A stretch of 64,000 nt of DNA from Dehalococcoidia bacterium. Its GTDB lineage: Bacteria > Chloroflexota > Dehalococcoidia > DSTF01 > JACRBR01. Positions 30,527 to 40,809 of this stretch are shown here, one piece after another. The translations under genes were made by a program, and so were the position numbers. How positions within the stretch are numbered: position 1 is the first letter of the stretch; every line of letters begins with the position of its first letter. Where the stretch lies: the NCBI GenBank assembly GCA_015478665.1, contig JADMII010000001.1:183537-247536 (forward strand), in the 5' to 3' direction. The notes under the pieces were generated by a model, which worked only from the letters and a program-made list of their open reading frames with translations, ran no database searches and was not told the origin of the DNA.

Positions 30527-31924
30527 ATGCCCACACAGCAAGAGTGGATGCTCCGCATCTCGTCGCTGGTCGGCGAGAAGACGCTCTTCAAGAACGCCTC
30601 CTACCGCCGCTTCTGGCTGTCTGAGCAGTTCGCGAGCACGGGCGTCGCCGCGCTCGTCTACACGATGTTCCTCGAGATCCAACGGTCGACGGGGAGCACG
30701 TTCTTCGGCAGCCTCTTCGCAGCCGTCTACATCGGGCCCGCCGCCCTGCTGGTGACGGTGTCGGGCGCGATCACCGACCAGCTGCCGAAGCGCGAGGTGA
30801 TGTTCGCTTCGTACCTCGCCTGGGCGCTCCTCGCCGTCGGATTCGCGCTCTTCACGGACCGGCTTTACGCGATCTACCTGATCGCCATCCTGTTCGCGAT
30901 CGTCTCGCAGATCAAGGGCGCGGCCAGCTCGTCGGCGCGGCCGCTGCTCGTGCCGCAGGAGAAGCTGGACCGGGCGAGCGCACTCGGGCAGTTGGGCGGC
31001 ATCATCGCGCAGGCGATCGGCGTGCTCATCCTGCCGTTCGTGTTTCTGACGACGCTCGGCGCATCGGCGCTGGCGGCGTTCTGCGTGCCGCTGTTCGTCG
31101 CGGCGGCGCTCGAGGTGTCGCGGATCAGGAAGATCGGCGGCAAGATGGAAAGCGCGCGCACGGTGCTGTCCGGGAGTCGGGCTCACTTCATGGCGGGCTG
31201 GCGCTACCTGGAGTCAGACCAGCTCTCGTACCTGTCCGTCTGGATCTACGTGCTGACGAGTGTCGCCTCCTACGTCGTGATCACGCTGGTGCCGCGCTAT
31301 ACCAGCGCCGTGCTCGCCCTGCGGCCGGAGATCGGCGTCTTCATCGTCGTGCCGGCGGTGATCGGAGTATGGGGAGCCCTGCGCTTCGACCACATCGTGA
31401 TCGAGCGGGTCTCGGCGCTGCCGGCGATGGTCTTCGCGTTAGCCGCGCTCGTGGCCGGCGTGCTCCTGCTGGGGTTCGTGCCGTGGCTCGCCGCCGGCAT
31501 CGGCGAACTCGGCGCGCCGCTCGGCGCGGACACGCTGAAGATCGTCGTGACGATGCTGCTCGCGGTCGCGATCGGCTTCAGCTACATGTTCCTCAACGTC
31601 GCGGACAACGCGATCATCAACGCCCGCATCCCGCGCGAGATGCAGGGACGGGTATTCAGCGGTCAGAGCGTGTTCAGCAATCTGGCGTCGGTGCCGCCGA
31701 TCCTGCTCGCCGGCATCGGCGCCGACGTGATCGGCGTCGCGCCGGTGCTCGTGATCACGGGCGCGGTCTGCGGTGGCGCCGGCATCTACGTCTTCGCACG
31801 GCACGGCGTCCGACAGGCGCTCGCGCGCGGGCGCCGTGGTGCAGAGCCTCCGCCGCGCGATGTCCCGGAGCAAACGGCGCCGACGCCGCAGCAGCAGGTC
31901 GGGCCGGTCGACGAGCCACGCTAG
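30527..31924 (+). CDS. MFS transporter
   Basis: About 12 hydrophobic segments; GAITDQLPKREVM motif A; IPREMQGRVF. Confidence 0.85.
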   Translation: MPTQQEWMLRISSLVGEKTLFKNASYRRFWLSEQFASTGVAALVYTMFLEIQRSTGSTFFGSLFAAVYIGPAALLVTVSGAITDQLPKREVMFASYLAWALLAVGFALFTDRLYAIYLIAILFAIVSQIKGAASSSARPLLVPQEKLDRASALGQLGGIIAQAIGVLILPFVFLTTLGASALAAFCVPLFVAAALEVSRIRKIGGKMESARTVLSGSRAHFMAGWRYLESDQLSYLSVWIYVLTSVASYVVITLVPRYTSAVLALRPEIGVFIVVPAVIGVWGALRFDHIVIERVSALPAMVFALAALVAGVLLLGFVPWLAAGIGELGAPLGADTLKIVVTMLLAVAIGFSYMFLNVADNAIINARIPREMQGRVFSGQSVFSNLASVPPILLAGIGADVIGVAPVLVITGAVCGGAGIYVFARHGVRQALARGRRGAEPPPRDVPEQTAPTPQQQVGPVDEPR

Positions 31925-31992
31925 TGTAGGCGACCTCTGGCGCCGGCCGGAGGCCGCCGCGCATGCGGCAGCGGCTCCGCTACGATGCAGCG

Positions 31993-33147
31993 ATGGCTCC
32001 GGTGTCCGACGACGAATTCGCCCCCATGACCGAGAGCGGGCCGCTCGTGGCGGAGCTGCGCCGGCGCATCGCCGCCGGGCCGCTGACGTTCCGCGACTTC
32101 ATGGAGGCCGCACTCTACGACCCGCGCTTCGGCTACTACGCGACGCACGCCGAGGCGATGACGCGCGGCGGCGACTACGTCACCAGCCCGGAGGTGCATC
32201 CGGTCTTTGGCGCGCTGGTGGCGAAACAGCTGATCGAGCTGTGGCGGGCGCTCGGCGCGCCCGCCCGGTTCGACGTCGTCGAGCTCGGCGCCGGTGGCGG
32301 GCTGCTGGCACGCGACGTCATCGCCCGGATCGCGCGCGAGCGCGAGTGCGCGGCGGCGCTCCGCTACCGGATCGTCGAACGGAGCGGCGCGCTGGTCGGC
32401 CGCCAGCGCCGGACGCTCGATGAGATCGGACACGCCGCCGACGTCGGCTGGTGCGAGGACCTGCCGGAGGGCATCGAAGGATGCGTGCTGTCAAACGAAT
32501 TCTTCGACGCGCTTCCGGTGCATCGGGTGCGGCGCGACGGCGACCGGCTGCGCGAGGTGTACGTCGCGCGCGAGGCCGATCGCTTCGCCGATGCGCTGGG
32601 CGAGCCGTCGACGCCGGCGCTCGCGGCATACTTCGACGCACTCGGCGTGCAGCCGGGAGACGGCTGCCTCGCCGAGGTGAACATCGACGCGGCGCGCTGG
32701 ACGGAGCGGATCGCCGCATCGCTCATCCGCGGCGGCGTCCTCACGTTCGACTACGGCTACGAGGCGCCCGACCTCTACGCGCCCTGGCGCGGGGACGGCA
32801 CGCTGCTCTGCTTCTACCGCCAGTCCGTCTCCAGCGACCCGTACGTCCGCATCGGCCGGCAGGACATCACGTCGAGCGTCGACTTCACGACGCTGCGGGC
32901 GACCGGTGAGCGCGCGGGGCTGCTCGCCGCGGGCGAGACGGACCAGGCGGAGTTCCTCGTGCGCATGGGCATCGGCGCCGGGCTGGCGGCGGTGGCGCAG
33001 GAGCGCCCGCAGCTCGAAGAGTACTTCGCACGCCGGAACGCCGTCCTCGACCTCATCGACCCCGGGAAGCTCGGCCGCGTCCGCGTGCTGCTCCAGACGC
33101 GGGGGATCGCCGCCGGTGCGCGGTTGAGCGGGTTCGCGGGGTCCTGA
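31993..33147 (+). CDS. SAM-dependent methyltransferase, MidA/NDUFAF7 family
   Basis: FMEAALYDP..GYY, GDYVTSPE, VELGAGGG, SNEFFDALP, FDYG, QDITSSVDF; TACGAT-6nt-ATG. Confidence 0.92.
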   Translation: MAPVSDDEFAPMTESGPLVAELRRRIAAGPLTFRDFMEAALYDPRFGYYATHAEAMTRGGDYVTSPEVHPVFGALVAKQLIELWRALGAPARFDVVELGAGGGLLARDVIARIARERECAAALRYRIVERSGALVGRQRRTLDEIGHAADVGWCEDLPEGIEGCVLSNEFFDALPVHRVRRDGDRLREVYVAREADRFADALGEPSTPALAAYFDALGVQPGDGCLAEVNIDAARWTERIAASLIRGGVLTFDYGYEAPDLYAPWRGDGTLLCFYRQSVSSDPYVRIGRQDITSSVDFTTLRATGERAGLLAAGETDQAEFLVRMGIGAGLAAVAQERPQLEEYFARRNAVLDLIDPGKLGRVRVLLQTRGIAAGARLSGFAGS

Positions 33148-33368
33148 CGGCAGGCCACCGGGCGCCAACGCCCGGCGCGTCCGTCCGTCGTCGGTCGTGC
33201 ACGATTCCAGGCGTAGACCGCTACCGTAGGGTCAACGCGGGCCGTTAGAATGATGCCGTCACGGCCGACGCCACGACGAGCCGGAGAAACCTTGATGCGC
33301 TTCACCCCGCACGCGTACCGCAGAACCGCCGGCCGCGCGAACAGCTCGAGCGATGGGCGCCGCCGATC

Positions 33369-33866
33369 ATGAGCGACGAAGAGGTTCAGGTTCGCCCGAT
33401 CGACTTTGTGCGCGACGAGCAGCCGCTCAAGACGCTCCTGAACGACCGGGACAAGATGCGCCTCGAGCACGCCGAGCCCGCGCTCAACGACGGCGACTGC
33501 TTCATCTACGTTGCGGCGGAGCGCGGCGTGCCGGTGGGCTGGGCGATCGTCCACCTGAACTATCGCGACGATCAGGACTGGGAGCCGGACGAGGACGGGC
33601 GCGCCTACCAGTCCGGCGACAACGCCTACCTCGAGAATATCGAGGTGACGGCGCGCTTCCGCAGCCAGGGCCTGGGAGCGAAGCTGATCACCGCCGTCGA
33701 GGATGAGGCGCGCCGACGCGGGAAGCGCAACCTCTGGCTGCACACGAGCGAGAACAACTTCAAAGCGCACCAACTCTTCGAACGGCAGGGTTGGCAGCAC
33801 GAGACGAGTGTGTACCCGGCGTGGAAGCCGGGCGCCCGCATGCGGGTGTACAAGAAGACGCTGTAG
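33369..33866 (+). CDS. GNAT N-acetyltransferase
   Basis: IEVTARFRSQGLGAKLI acetyl-CoA motif, N..AHQLFERQGW. Confidence 0.9.
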   Translation: MSDEEVQVRPIDFVRDEQPLKTLLNDRDKMRLEHAEPALNDGDCFIYVAAERGVPVGWAIVHLNYRDDQDWEPDEDGRAYQSGDNAYLENIEVTARFRSQGLGAKLITAVEDEARRRGKRNLWLHTSENNFKAHQLFERQGWQHETSVYPAWKPGARMRVYKKTL

Positions 33867-33876
33867 GAGGGCCACC

Positions 33877-34086
33877 GTGCGCAAGACGTTCGTCCGCGCG
33901 CTGCTCGTCAGCGCAGCCGTGCAGTTCACGATCACGCGACACTTCGCCGGCACCATCGTCGAGGAAGGGCGGGCCGAGCGGATGTGGCTGCTGTACCCGC
34001 TCAACGTCGTGCTCAACGCGCTCGCCTGGACGCTGATGCTGACGGCGACCGGCCGGGCGCTGCGCTTCGTGCGCCGGGCCGGGTGA
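33877..34086 (+). CDS. Small membrane protein (69 aa)
   Basis: SD AGGAGG before GTG; hydrophobic helices; GTGA overlap with next gene. Confidence 0.7.
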   Translation: MRKTFVRALLVSAAVQFTITRHFAGTIVEEGRAERMWLLYPLNVVLNALAWTLMLTATGRALRFVRRAG

Positions 34087-34949
34087 GCATCCACCGCATC
34101 CGGCACGTCGACGCCTTCACGTCGACGCCGCTCACCGGCAACCCGGCCGCCGTCATCGATGGCGCTGGCATCGATGAGACGCTGCTCCAGCCGATCGCGC
34201 GCAATCAGAACCTGTCCGAGACCGTCTTCCTGCTGCCGCCCGAAGATGCGGCGGACGACGCCCGCGTGCGCATCTTCACGCCGCGCTCGGAGCTGCCGTT
34301 CGCCGGCCACCCGATCATCGCCGCGGCGCACATCGTCATCGAAGAGCAGCTCGCGTCGCCCGCGCGCGGAGCACCGCTGCGCATCGAGACCGGCGTCGGC
34401 GTGATCCCGGTCGCCGTCGACGACGCCGCGTCGCGGTATACGATGACGCAGCCGCGGCCGCAGTTTCGCGAGGCGAGCACGGCCGCCGGGACGGTCGCCG
34501 CGGCGATCGGCTTGCGGACCGCGGAGATCGCGCGCGTGGTCGAGGTGTCGACGGGCATCTGGTGGCTGGTGGCGCAGGCGGCATCGCTGGAGGCGATGCG
34601 GCGCGTGCGCCCGGACGTCGGCCTGCTGCGCTCGCTCCAGGTCGCCATCTTCTGCATCGGCGCCGAGTCGGCCGAGGCGGATGTGCACGTGCGTGTCTTC
34701 GCGCTGCCTCAGGGGATCAGCGAAGACCCGGTGACCGGCAGCGCCAACGGCTGCATCGGCGCCCTCATCGCGCGCGATGCGCTGCTCGACCGGCGCGACG
34801 GCGCGCTGCGATACGTCGCCGAGCAGGGGATCGAGCTCGGTCAGCCCGGCCGCGTGTGCGTCTGCGTGCGTGACAGCGGCGACCAGATGTCGGTGGAGGT
34901 GGGCGGCGAGGCGGTGACGGTGCTGCGCGGCGAGCTGACGCTGGCATGA
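34083..34949 (+). CDS. PhzF-family isomerase
   Basis: VDAFT..GNPAAV, NLSETVF, RIFTPRSELPFAGHP, EDPVTGSANG. Confidence 0.93.
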   Translation: MSIHRIRHVDAFTSTPLTGNPAAVIDGAGIDETLLQPIARNQNLSETVFLLPPEDAADDARVRIFTPRSELPFAGHPIIAAAHIVIEEQLASPARGAPLRIETGVGVIPVAVDDAASRYTMTQPRPQFREASTAAGTVAAAIGLRTAEIARVVEVSTGIWWLVAQAASLEAMRRVRPDVGLLRSLQVAIFCIGAESAEADVHVRVFALPQGISEDPVTGSANGCIGALIARDALLDRRDGALRYVAEQGIELGQPGRVCVCVRDSGDQMSVEVGGEAVTVLRGELTLA

Positions 34950-35467
34950 GCGTCGCCGGCATCCTGCTGGCGGCGGCCGCGATCGAGCGCGACGGCGAGC
35001 CGCTGGCGTTGCAGGCGTGGGACGACGACGAGACGCTGGCCGAATGGCAGGCGCGCCAGCTGCTCGAGGCGGGAGCGGCGGCGGTCGAGGTCGTGGTCGG
35101 CTTCGAGGCCGACCGCATCATTCCGGTGCTCGCACGTGACGACGTCGAGCCGATCGTGCACGCCGCCTGGCTGGACGACGTCGCCGGCGCCGTGCGTATC
35201 GGCGCGGCAGCGGTGCCGCGCGGCACCGACGCGGCGATCATCGTCGACCTGGCGACGCCGCGCGATGCGGCCGCCTGCGCTCTGGTGCTCGAAGCGCACA
35301 TCACCGGCGGCGCGGCGATCACGCGCGCGCGTGACGCCGGCGTGCCCGGCTGGCCGGTCGTCGTCGATGCCGCCGTGCTGGCGGAGCTGCGGAACGCTAC
35401 CGACGAGGCCGGCGGTCTCGAGGCGGTGCTCAGGCGGCACGCCGGCCAGACGCGCTTCGTCGGGTAG
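34946..35467 (+). CDS. Degenerate MocA/MobA-like nucleotidyltransferase-fold protein
   Basis: VAGILLAA start and overall layout match MocA, but catalytic loop and C-terminal DxD motif are missing. Confidence 0.6.
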   Translation: MSVAGILLAAAAIERDGEPLALQAWDDDETLAEWQARQLLEAGAAAVEVVVGFEADRIIPVLARDDVEPIVHAAWLDDVAGAVRIGAAAVPRGTDAAIIVDLATPRDAAACALVLEAHITGGAAITRARDAGVPGWPVVVDAAVLAELRNATDEAGGLEAVLRRHAGQTRFVG

Positions 35468-35534
35468 CGCAGCGATGTGCGACCCGCTTCTCCCGCGACC
35501 GCACGCTCGCGATGCGCGTCGACGGGGCCGAGCG

Positions 35535-36722
35535 CTACGCAGACACCGGCTCGCGCTCGGGCAGCAGGCGCTGGAAGAGCTCGTTGCTGAGCAGGCGGCC
35601 GCGTCGCGTCAGGCGAAGGTGCGACGCCGTCTCCTCGAGCAGCCCGTAGCCGACGAACTCGTCGACGATCGCCCCGTACACATCGCGTACGTCACGGCCG
35701 TAGCGCCTGCGGAACGCGCCGCGGTCGATGCCCTCGACGAGCCGCAAGCCGAGGATCAGCTCGTCGGCGATCGCCAGCTCCGGCGTGATCTGCTCGGCGC
35801 CGGCGACCTGCCGCATCGGGCCGGAGCCGTCGGCGATGCCGGCGGCCGATGCGTCGACGAGCTCGGCATAGCGGTTCGGCAGGAGGACGGTCGAGAATCG
35901 CACGCCGTGAAGGTGCGAGTGGGCGCCCGCGCCGAGCCCGAGGTACTCGCCGTTCCGCCAGTAGATCAGGTTGTGCGCGCAGCGGCGACCCGGGCGCGCC
36001 CAGTTCGAGATCTCATAGTGCTCGTAGCCGGCGGCGGCGAGGCGGTCCTGCGTCCACTCATAGTGCTCAGCCTGCACGTCCGGGTCGGGCGACGCCACCC
36101 GGCCGCGGGCGATATCGCGGGCGAGGGGCGTCCCCTCTTCGACGGTGAGGGCGTACAGCGACAGATGCTCCGGCGCCAACGCGAGCGCCTCTTCGAGCGT
36201 GCGCCGCCAGGCGGCGAGCGGCTGCTCCGGCAGGCCGTAGATGAAGTCCAGGTTGACGTTGTCGAACCGCGCCTCCCGTGCCGAAGCGAACGCCGCCCGC
36301 GCGTCGGCCGCCGTGTGGATGCGGTCGAGCGCGACGAGCTCCTCGTCGTCGAAGGACTGGACGCCGATCGAGATGCGGTTGAACCCGATCTCGCGCAGGC
36401 CGCGAAGGTAGTCGACGCTCAGGCTGCCGGGGTTGGCTTCGAGCGAGATCTCGGCATCGGGGCTGACCACGAACGTCGATCGGACCCCGTCGATGATCGT
36501 ACGCATCTCGGCCACGGGATTGAGGCTCGGCGTGCCGCCACCGAAGAAGACCGTCGCGACGGGGCGCGTGCCGACGGTCTGCCGCCAGAGCTGCGCTTCC
36601 TTGAGCAGGGTCTCCGCGTACGACGGGATCAGGTGCTCGTGGTTGGCGTAGGAATTGAAGTCGCAGTAGCCGCACTTCGCCGTGCAGAACGGGATGTGCA
36701 GGTAGAGGCCGATGCCGCTCAT
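35535..36722 (-). CDS. hemW: Radical SAM heme chaperone HemW (HemN-like)
   Basis: LYLHIPFCTAKCGYCDFNS, FGGGTPS, EANP, YEISNW, HNLIYW, GLGAGAH. Confidence 0.92.
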   Translation of the reverse strand: MSGIGLYLHIPFCTAKCGYCDFNSYANHEHLIPSYAETLLKEAQLWRQTVGTRPVATVFFGGGTPSLNPVAEMRTIIDGVRSTFVVSPDAEISLEANPGSLSVDYLRGLREIGFNRISIGVQSFDDEELVALDRIHTAADARAAFASAREARFDNVNLDFIYGLPEQPLAAWRRTLEEALALAPEHLSLYALTVEEGTPLARDIARGRVASPDPDVQAEHYEWTQDRLAAAGYEHYEISNWARPGRRCAHNLIYWRNGEYLGLGAGAHSHLHGVRFSTVLLPNRYAELVDASAAGIADGSGPMRQVAGAEQITPELAIADELILGLRLVEGIDRGAFRRRYGRDVRDVYGAIVDEFVGYGLLEETASHLRLTRRGRLLSNELFQRLLPEREPVSA

Positions 36723-36889
36723 ACGTCGATCGTAGCAGGCAGGCGACACGCGCGACACCGCCTCTGGCCGTCGTGCGCGGTTCGGGCCGGCGCGCCGGCG
36801 GTTGGACGGTCGCGGATGGAAGGTGGAGGCGGCGCGAACGCCTTGGCGTCGAGGCGACTGCGCCGGCGAGGATCGCCCTGCGCCGATGT

Positions 36890-37792
36890 TCACCTGGTGA
36901 CGCCGCCGAGCCAGCCGACAGCGAGGACGGCCGACGCGATGCCGAGCAGGCCGAAGCCGAGCTGGAGCGCGAAGGCGCCCCGACGGACGCGGTAGGCGGC
37001 GATGCTTGCCAGCAGGCACAGCGCCGCGACGCCGGCCGCCGGCGCGTACCAGCGTCCGTCGTACGAAACGAGCGGCGCCTGCGCGCCACTGATGGCGAGC
37101 GCGGCGGCGAAGGACGCCCAGCCGAGCAGCATCGACCGGCGAGCGCCCAGGCGGTGGGCGAGGCCGCGCACCCCGTGCGCCGCATCGCCGTCGATATCGG
37201 CGACCGTGTTCTGAAGGTGCAGCGCGACGCCGATGAGGGCGCCGATCGGCAGCAACCACCAGAGCGCCGCGCGCCAGACGCCCAGCGTCGCCCAGACCCA
37301 GAGCGGCAGCGTCGGGATCGCGATCATGTACGGGACGACGCTGAACATCGTGCGCTTGAGCCGCGCGTCGTAGGCGAGCCCGCAGGCGAGGCCGAGAAGC
37401 GCCAGCAGGAGGCCGGCGGTGCCGAGCGTCGCCGCGAGCGCCACCGTCGCCGCGAACAGCACGAGCGCGAGCGCGACGGCCACGCGTGGCGAGACGAGTC
37501 CGGACGCGACGGGCTTCCACGGCTTCGTCGCCGCATCGAGCGTGCGGTCGTAGTAGTCGTTGACGACGCCGATCGTCGCCTGGGCGCAGAACATCATCGC
37601 CAGCATGCGGGCGAGCAGGCCGGCAGGCGGCATGCCGCGCGTCGCCACGAAGGCGAGGCCGGCGACCGCCGCCACGTTGAGCAGCGTCGGAAACGGGTGG
37701 ATCACGCGGACGACGCGCAGCACGCGGTGGGCGCGGCCGGGGGCCGGCAGGCCGGGCAGTGGTTGCGGCAGCGGGATGGCGTTCGAACCCAC
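36890..37792 (-). CDS. UbiA-family prenyltransferase
   Basis: NDYYDRTLD..KPWKP first Asp motif, YD..LK, NTVADIDGD second motif; multiple TM. Confidence 0.85.
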   Translation of the reverse strand: MGSNAIPLPQPLPGLPAPGRAHRVLRVVRVIHPFPTLLNVAAVAGLAFVATRGMPPAGLLARMLAMMFCAQATIGVVNDYYDRTLDAATKPWKPVASGLVSPRVAVALALVLFAATVALAATLGTAGLLLALLGLACGLAYDARLKRTMFSVVPYMIAIPTLPLWVWATLGVWRAALWWLLPIGALIGVALHLQNTVADIDGDAAHGVRGLAHRLGARRSMLLGWASFAAALAISGAQAPLVSYDGRWYAPAAGVAALCLLASIAAYRVRRGAFALQLGFGLLGIASAVLAVGWLGGVTR

Positions 37793-38146
37793 GTCGATCC
37801 TCCGTGCGGCTTCGCCTGATCATACTCCGCGCGACCCCGCCCGGATGCGTGCACCCGCCAGCGCGCGTCGCCCGAAGCCGATGTCAGTACCGATCCGCGC
37901 CCTTCGGCGGCGAAGAGCACCGCAGATCGACGATCGCGCACCGCGCCGCGAGGGGCTTGCGACGACCGGGATGCCGCAGACGTCGGACGCTGCGCCGGGA
38001 GCAGCGATGAGGGTCGATCGCGCGCCGCGCCGCGTAGCCTCACCTCCCCGCTCTCACGCCGCACTCTCACGGTCAGCGCCTCCATCCGCACCATGTTGCG
38101 CCAACTGCGTGATCGACCCTCGTGCACACGCCCGCTACACTGCGTC

Positions 38147-39958
38147 ATGCTGAAGACGGCGTACTGCGGCGACCTGCGCGAATCGGACGAAGGCCTCGAC
38201 GTCGTGCTCGCCGGCTGGGTGCATCGCCGCCGCGACCACGGCGCCCTGATCTTCATCGACCTTCGCGACAGCCGCGGCATCATCCAGGTCGTCTTCGACC
38301 CGAAGCAGGCGCCACAGGCGCATGCCGTGGCCAGCGAGGCGCGCGTGGAGTACGTGCTGCAGGTGGAGGGGCGCGTGCGGCGTCGCCGCGCCGGCACGGA
38401 GAACGCCAGCCTGGCGACGGGCGCGGTCGAGGTGCAGGCGACGTCGGCGCAGATCCTCAACAGCGCGAAAACGCCGCCGTTCTACATCAACGAGGACGTC
38501 GACGTCGACGAGACGCTGCGCCTGCGCTACCGCTACCTCGACCTGCGCCGGCAGCGGATGCATGGGAACATCGTCCTCCGCCACCTCGTGACCCGGAAGA
38601 TCCGCGGTTACCTCGCCGAGCGGGGCTTCGTCGAGATCGAGACGCCGGTGCTCGCCAACCCGACGCCCGAGGGCTCGCGCGACTACCTCGTGCCCAGCCG
38701 CATCAACCCCGGCAACTTCTACGCGCTGCCGCAGTCGCCGCAGCAGTTCAAGCAGCTGCTGATGGTCGCCGGCTTCGAGCGCTACTTCCAGATCGCCCGC
38801 TGCTACCGCGATGAGGACCTCCGCGCCGACCGCCAGCCGGAGTTCAGCCAGCTCGACCTCGAGATGTCATTCGCGGGACAGGAGGACATCCTGCAGCTGA
38901 TCGAGCAGCTCTACATCGAGATCGGCCGCGAGCTGCGACCGGACCTGAACATCCCTGTACCCTTCGCGCGCCTGTCGTACGAGGAGGCGATGCGCCGCTT
39001 CGGCTCGGACAAGCCGGACCTGCGCTACGGCCTCGAGCTCGTCGACCTGACGAACGCCGTGCGCGGCACGCCGTTCCTCGTGTTCAAGTCGGCGACGGAC
39101 AGCGGCGGCACGGTCGAGGGCATCGTCGTCCCCGGCGGCGCCGCCTTCAGCCGCAAGGAGATCGACGCCCTCACAGAGACGGTGAAGACGTACGGCGCCA
39201 GGGGCCTCGTCTCCATCGCCTACCTCGCCGACCCGGCGAACGCGGGCGAAGAGCAGCTGCGCTCGCCCGTGCTGAAATTCCTCGGCGCCGACCACGCGCG
39301 CGCGCTTGGCCGAGTCGCCGGCGCGCGCGCGGGCGACCTGCTGCTGATCGTCGCGGGCGTCGGCGGCGCGCCGGCGAAGGACGCCGGCTCGTCCGGGCGC
39401 GTCAAGCCGGCGCTCGACGCGCTGCGCCGTGCGCTGGCCGCGAAGCTCGGGCTGGCCGACCCGAACACGCTGCAGTTCTGCTGGATCCTCGAATTCCCGC
39501 TCTTCGAGTGGAGCGACGAGGACGAGCGCTACTACAGCGTCACGCATCCCTTCACCGCGCCGCTCGACGCCGACCGCGAGTTCGCCGCCGACCCCGGCGC
39601 CGCCCACTCGCAGTCGCACGACCTGACCTGTAACGGCCAGGAGATCGGCGGCGGCAGCATTCGCATCTACCAACGGTCGCTGCAGGCGGAGGTCTTCCGG
39701 GCGCTGAGTCTCAGCGACGAGGAGACGCGCGAGCGCTTCTCGCACATGCTCGAGGCGTTCGAGTTCGGCGCGCCGCCGCACGGCGGCATCGCGATGGGCC
39801 TCGACCGCACCCTCGCCCTCTTCGCGCAGGACGACGACATCCGCAACGTCATCGCCTTCCCGAAGACGAAGAGCGCCTCCGACCCGATGACCGGCGCGCC
39901 GCTCCCCGTCGACCCCGCCCAACTCGACGAGCTCGGGCTGCGCTTGAAGGATCCGTAG
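38147..39958 (+). CDS. aspS: Aspartate--tRNA(Asp/Asn) ligase
   Basis: GWVHRRRDHG, LRYRYLDLRR, YALPQSPQ, CYRDEDLRADRQPEF, PPHGGIAMGLDR; TACACT-5nt-ATG. Confidence 0.97.
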   Translation: MLKTAYCGDLRESDEGLDVVLAGWVHRRRDHGALIFIDLRDSRGIIQVVFDPKQAPQAHAVASEARVEYVLQVEGRVRRRRAGTENASLATGAVEVQATSAQILNSAKTPPFYINEDVDVDETLRLRYRYLDLRRQRMHGNIVLRHLVTRKIRGYLAERGFVEIETPVLANPTPEGSRDYLVPSRINPGNFYALPQSPQQFKQLLMVAGFERYFQIARCYRDEDLRADRQPEFSQLDLEMSFAGQEDILQLIEQLYIEIGRELRPDLNIPVPFARLSYEEAMRRFGSDKPDLRYGLELVDLTNAVRGTPFLVFKSATDSGGTVEGIVVPGGAAFSRKEIDALTETVKTYGARGLVSIAYLADPANAGEEQLRSPVLKFLGADHARALGRVAGARAGDLLLIVAGVGGAPAKDAGSSGRVKPALDALRRALAAKLGLADPNTLQFCWILEFPLFEWSDEDERYYSVTHPFTAPLDADREFAADPGAAHSQSHDLTCNGQEIGGGSIRIYQRSLQAEVFRALSLSDEETRERFSHMLEAFEFGAPPHGGIAMGLDRTLALFAQDDDIRNVIAFPKTKSASDPMTGAPLPVDPAQLDELGLRLKDP

Positions 39959-40132
39959 GCGCGCGCACTGCCACCTGCCAACTCTCGACCGGCGTGCCGG
40001 TGGCAGTAACTCGCGCCGACGACGATGGTGCGCCCGTCGAGCACCTCGACGCGGCCGGCGCAGTTGTGGTGCGGACGACGATGGCCGGCGCCAGCGCCAC
40101 TGCGACGGATGCTCACATCCCGCTGGCCGCGA

Positions 40133-40645
40133 TCAGCCGGAGTAGGTCCAGCCGAGGTCGTCGTCGCGCAGCGGGCGGCCGGCGTTGATCTGGCCGCCGT
40201 CCGTGATGCGGGCAACGATGAGGGTGTGGTCGCCGGTGGGCAGGCCGCCTTCGACTTCGCACTCGAACCAGGCGAGCGCCGCCTGCAGGATCGGGCAGCC
40301 GGCGGTCATCGTCGCGTGCGGGACGCCATCGAGCTTGTTCAGCGGCGCGACGCGTCCGTTGTGGCGGCCCTGCACCTTCGTCGGCAGTTGCGGCTGCAGA
40401 AACGATGCGATGAGCTCCATGCTGTCTTCGCCCATGACGTTGACGCTGAAGACGCGCGACTCGCGGATGTTCGCCAGCGTCCGCGCGTCGTTCTCGAGCG
40501 CGAGGGCGACCATGCGCGGCTTGAAGGAGATCTGCATCAGCCAGTGGGCGGCCATGACGTTGAGGCCCGCCGGGCCGCGCGAACCGACAACGTACATGCC
40601 GTAGTTCATCATGTCGAGCGCGATGCGGGAGTCGTCTTCGGCCAT
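40133..40645 (-). CDS. Flavin reductase-like protein (DIM6/NTAB family)
   Basis: YGMYVVG, QISFKP, FSVNV, GCPIL..ALAWFEC, GDHTL. Confidence 0.88.
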   Translation of the reverse strand: MAEDDSRIALDMMNYGMYVVGSRGPAGLNVMAAHWLMQISFKPRMVALALENDARTLANIRESRVFSVNVMGEDSMELIASFLQPQLPTKVQGRHNGRVAPLNKLDGVPHATMTAGCPILQAALAWFECEVEGGLPTGDHTLIVARITDGGQINAGRPLRDDDLGWTYSG

Positions 40646-40721
40646 CGGACATGTCTCCAAGTGTGTTCCGATTGTATCGGGTTCGCGCCGGATCTTCGGG
40701 CGAACGCCAGTCGACGAGGCC

Positions 40722-40783
40722 TTGACAGGACCGGCGGATCCGTTCGATACTTTCCTCGGAGCAAAATATTCGTGCGTCACGAA
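40722..40783 (+). promoter_or_regulatory. P450 promoter and downstream palindrome (possible operator)
   Basis: TTGACA-18nt-GATACT (40722-40751); TTCGTG-cgt-CACGAA (40769-40783). Confidence 0.55.
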
Positions 40784-40809
40784 GTAGGTGACGGGCAGGA
40801 GCGCTACCC

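Noticed and set aside
36723-37823. 762-aa HemW fusion
   Set aside because: Extension overlaps the UbiA gene in another frame and is Arg/Pro-rich noise; hemW has its own leaderless signal.
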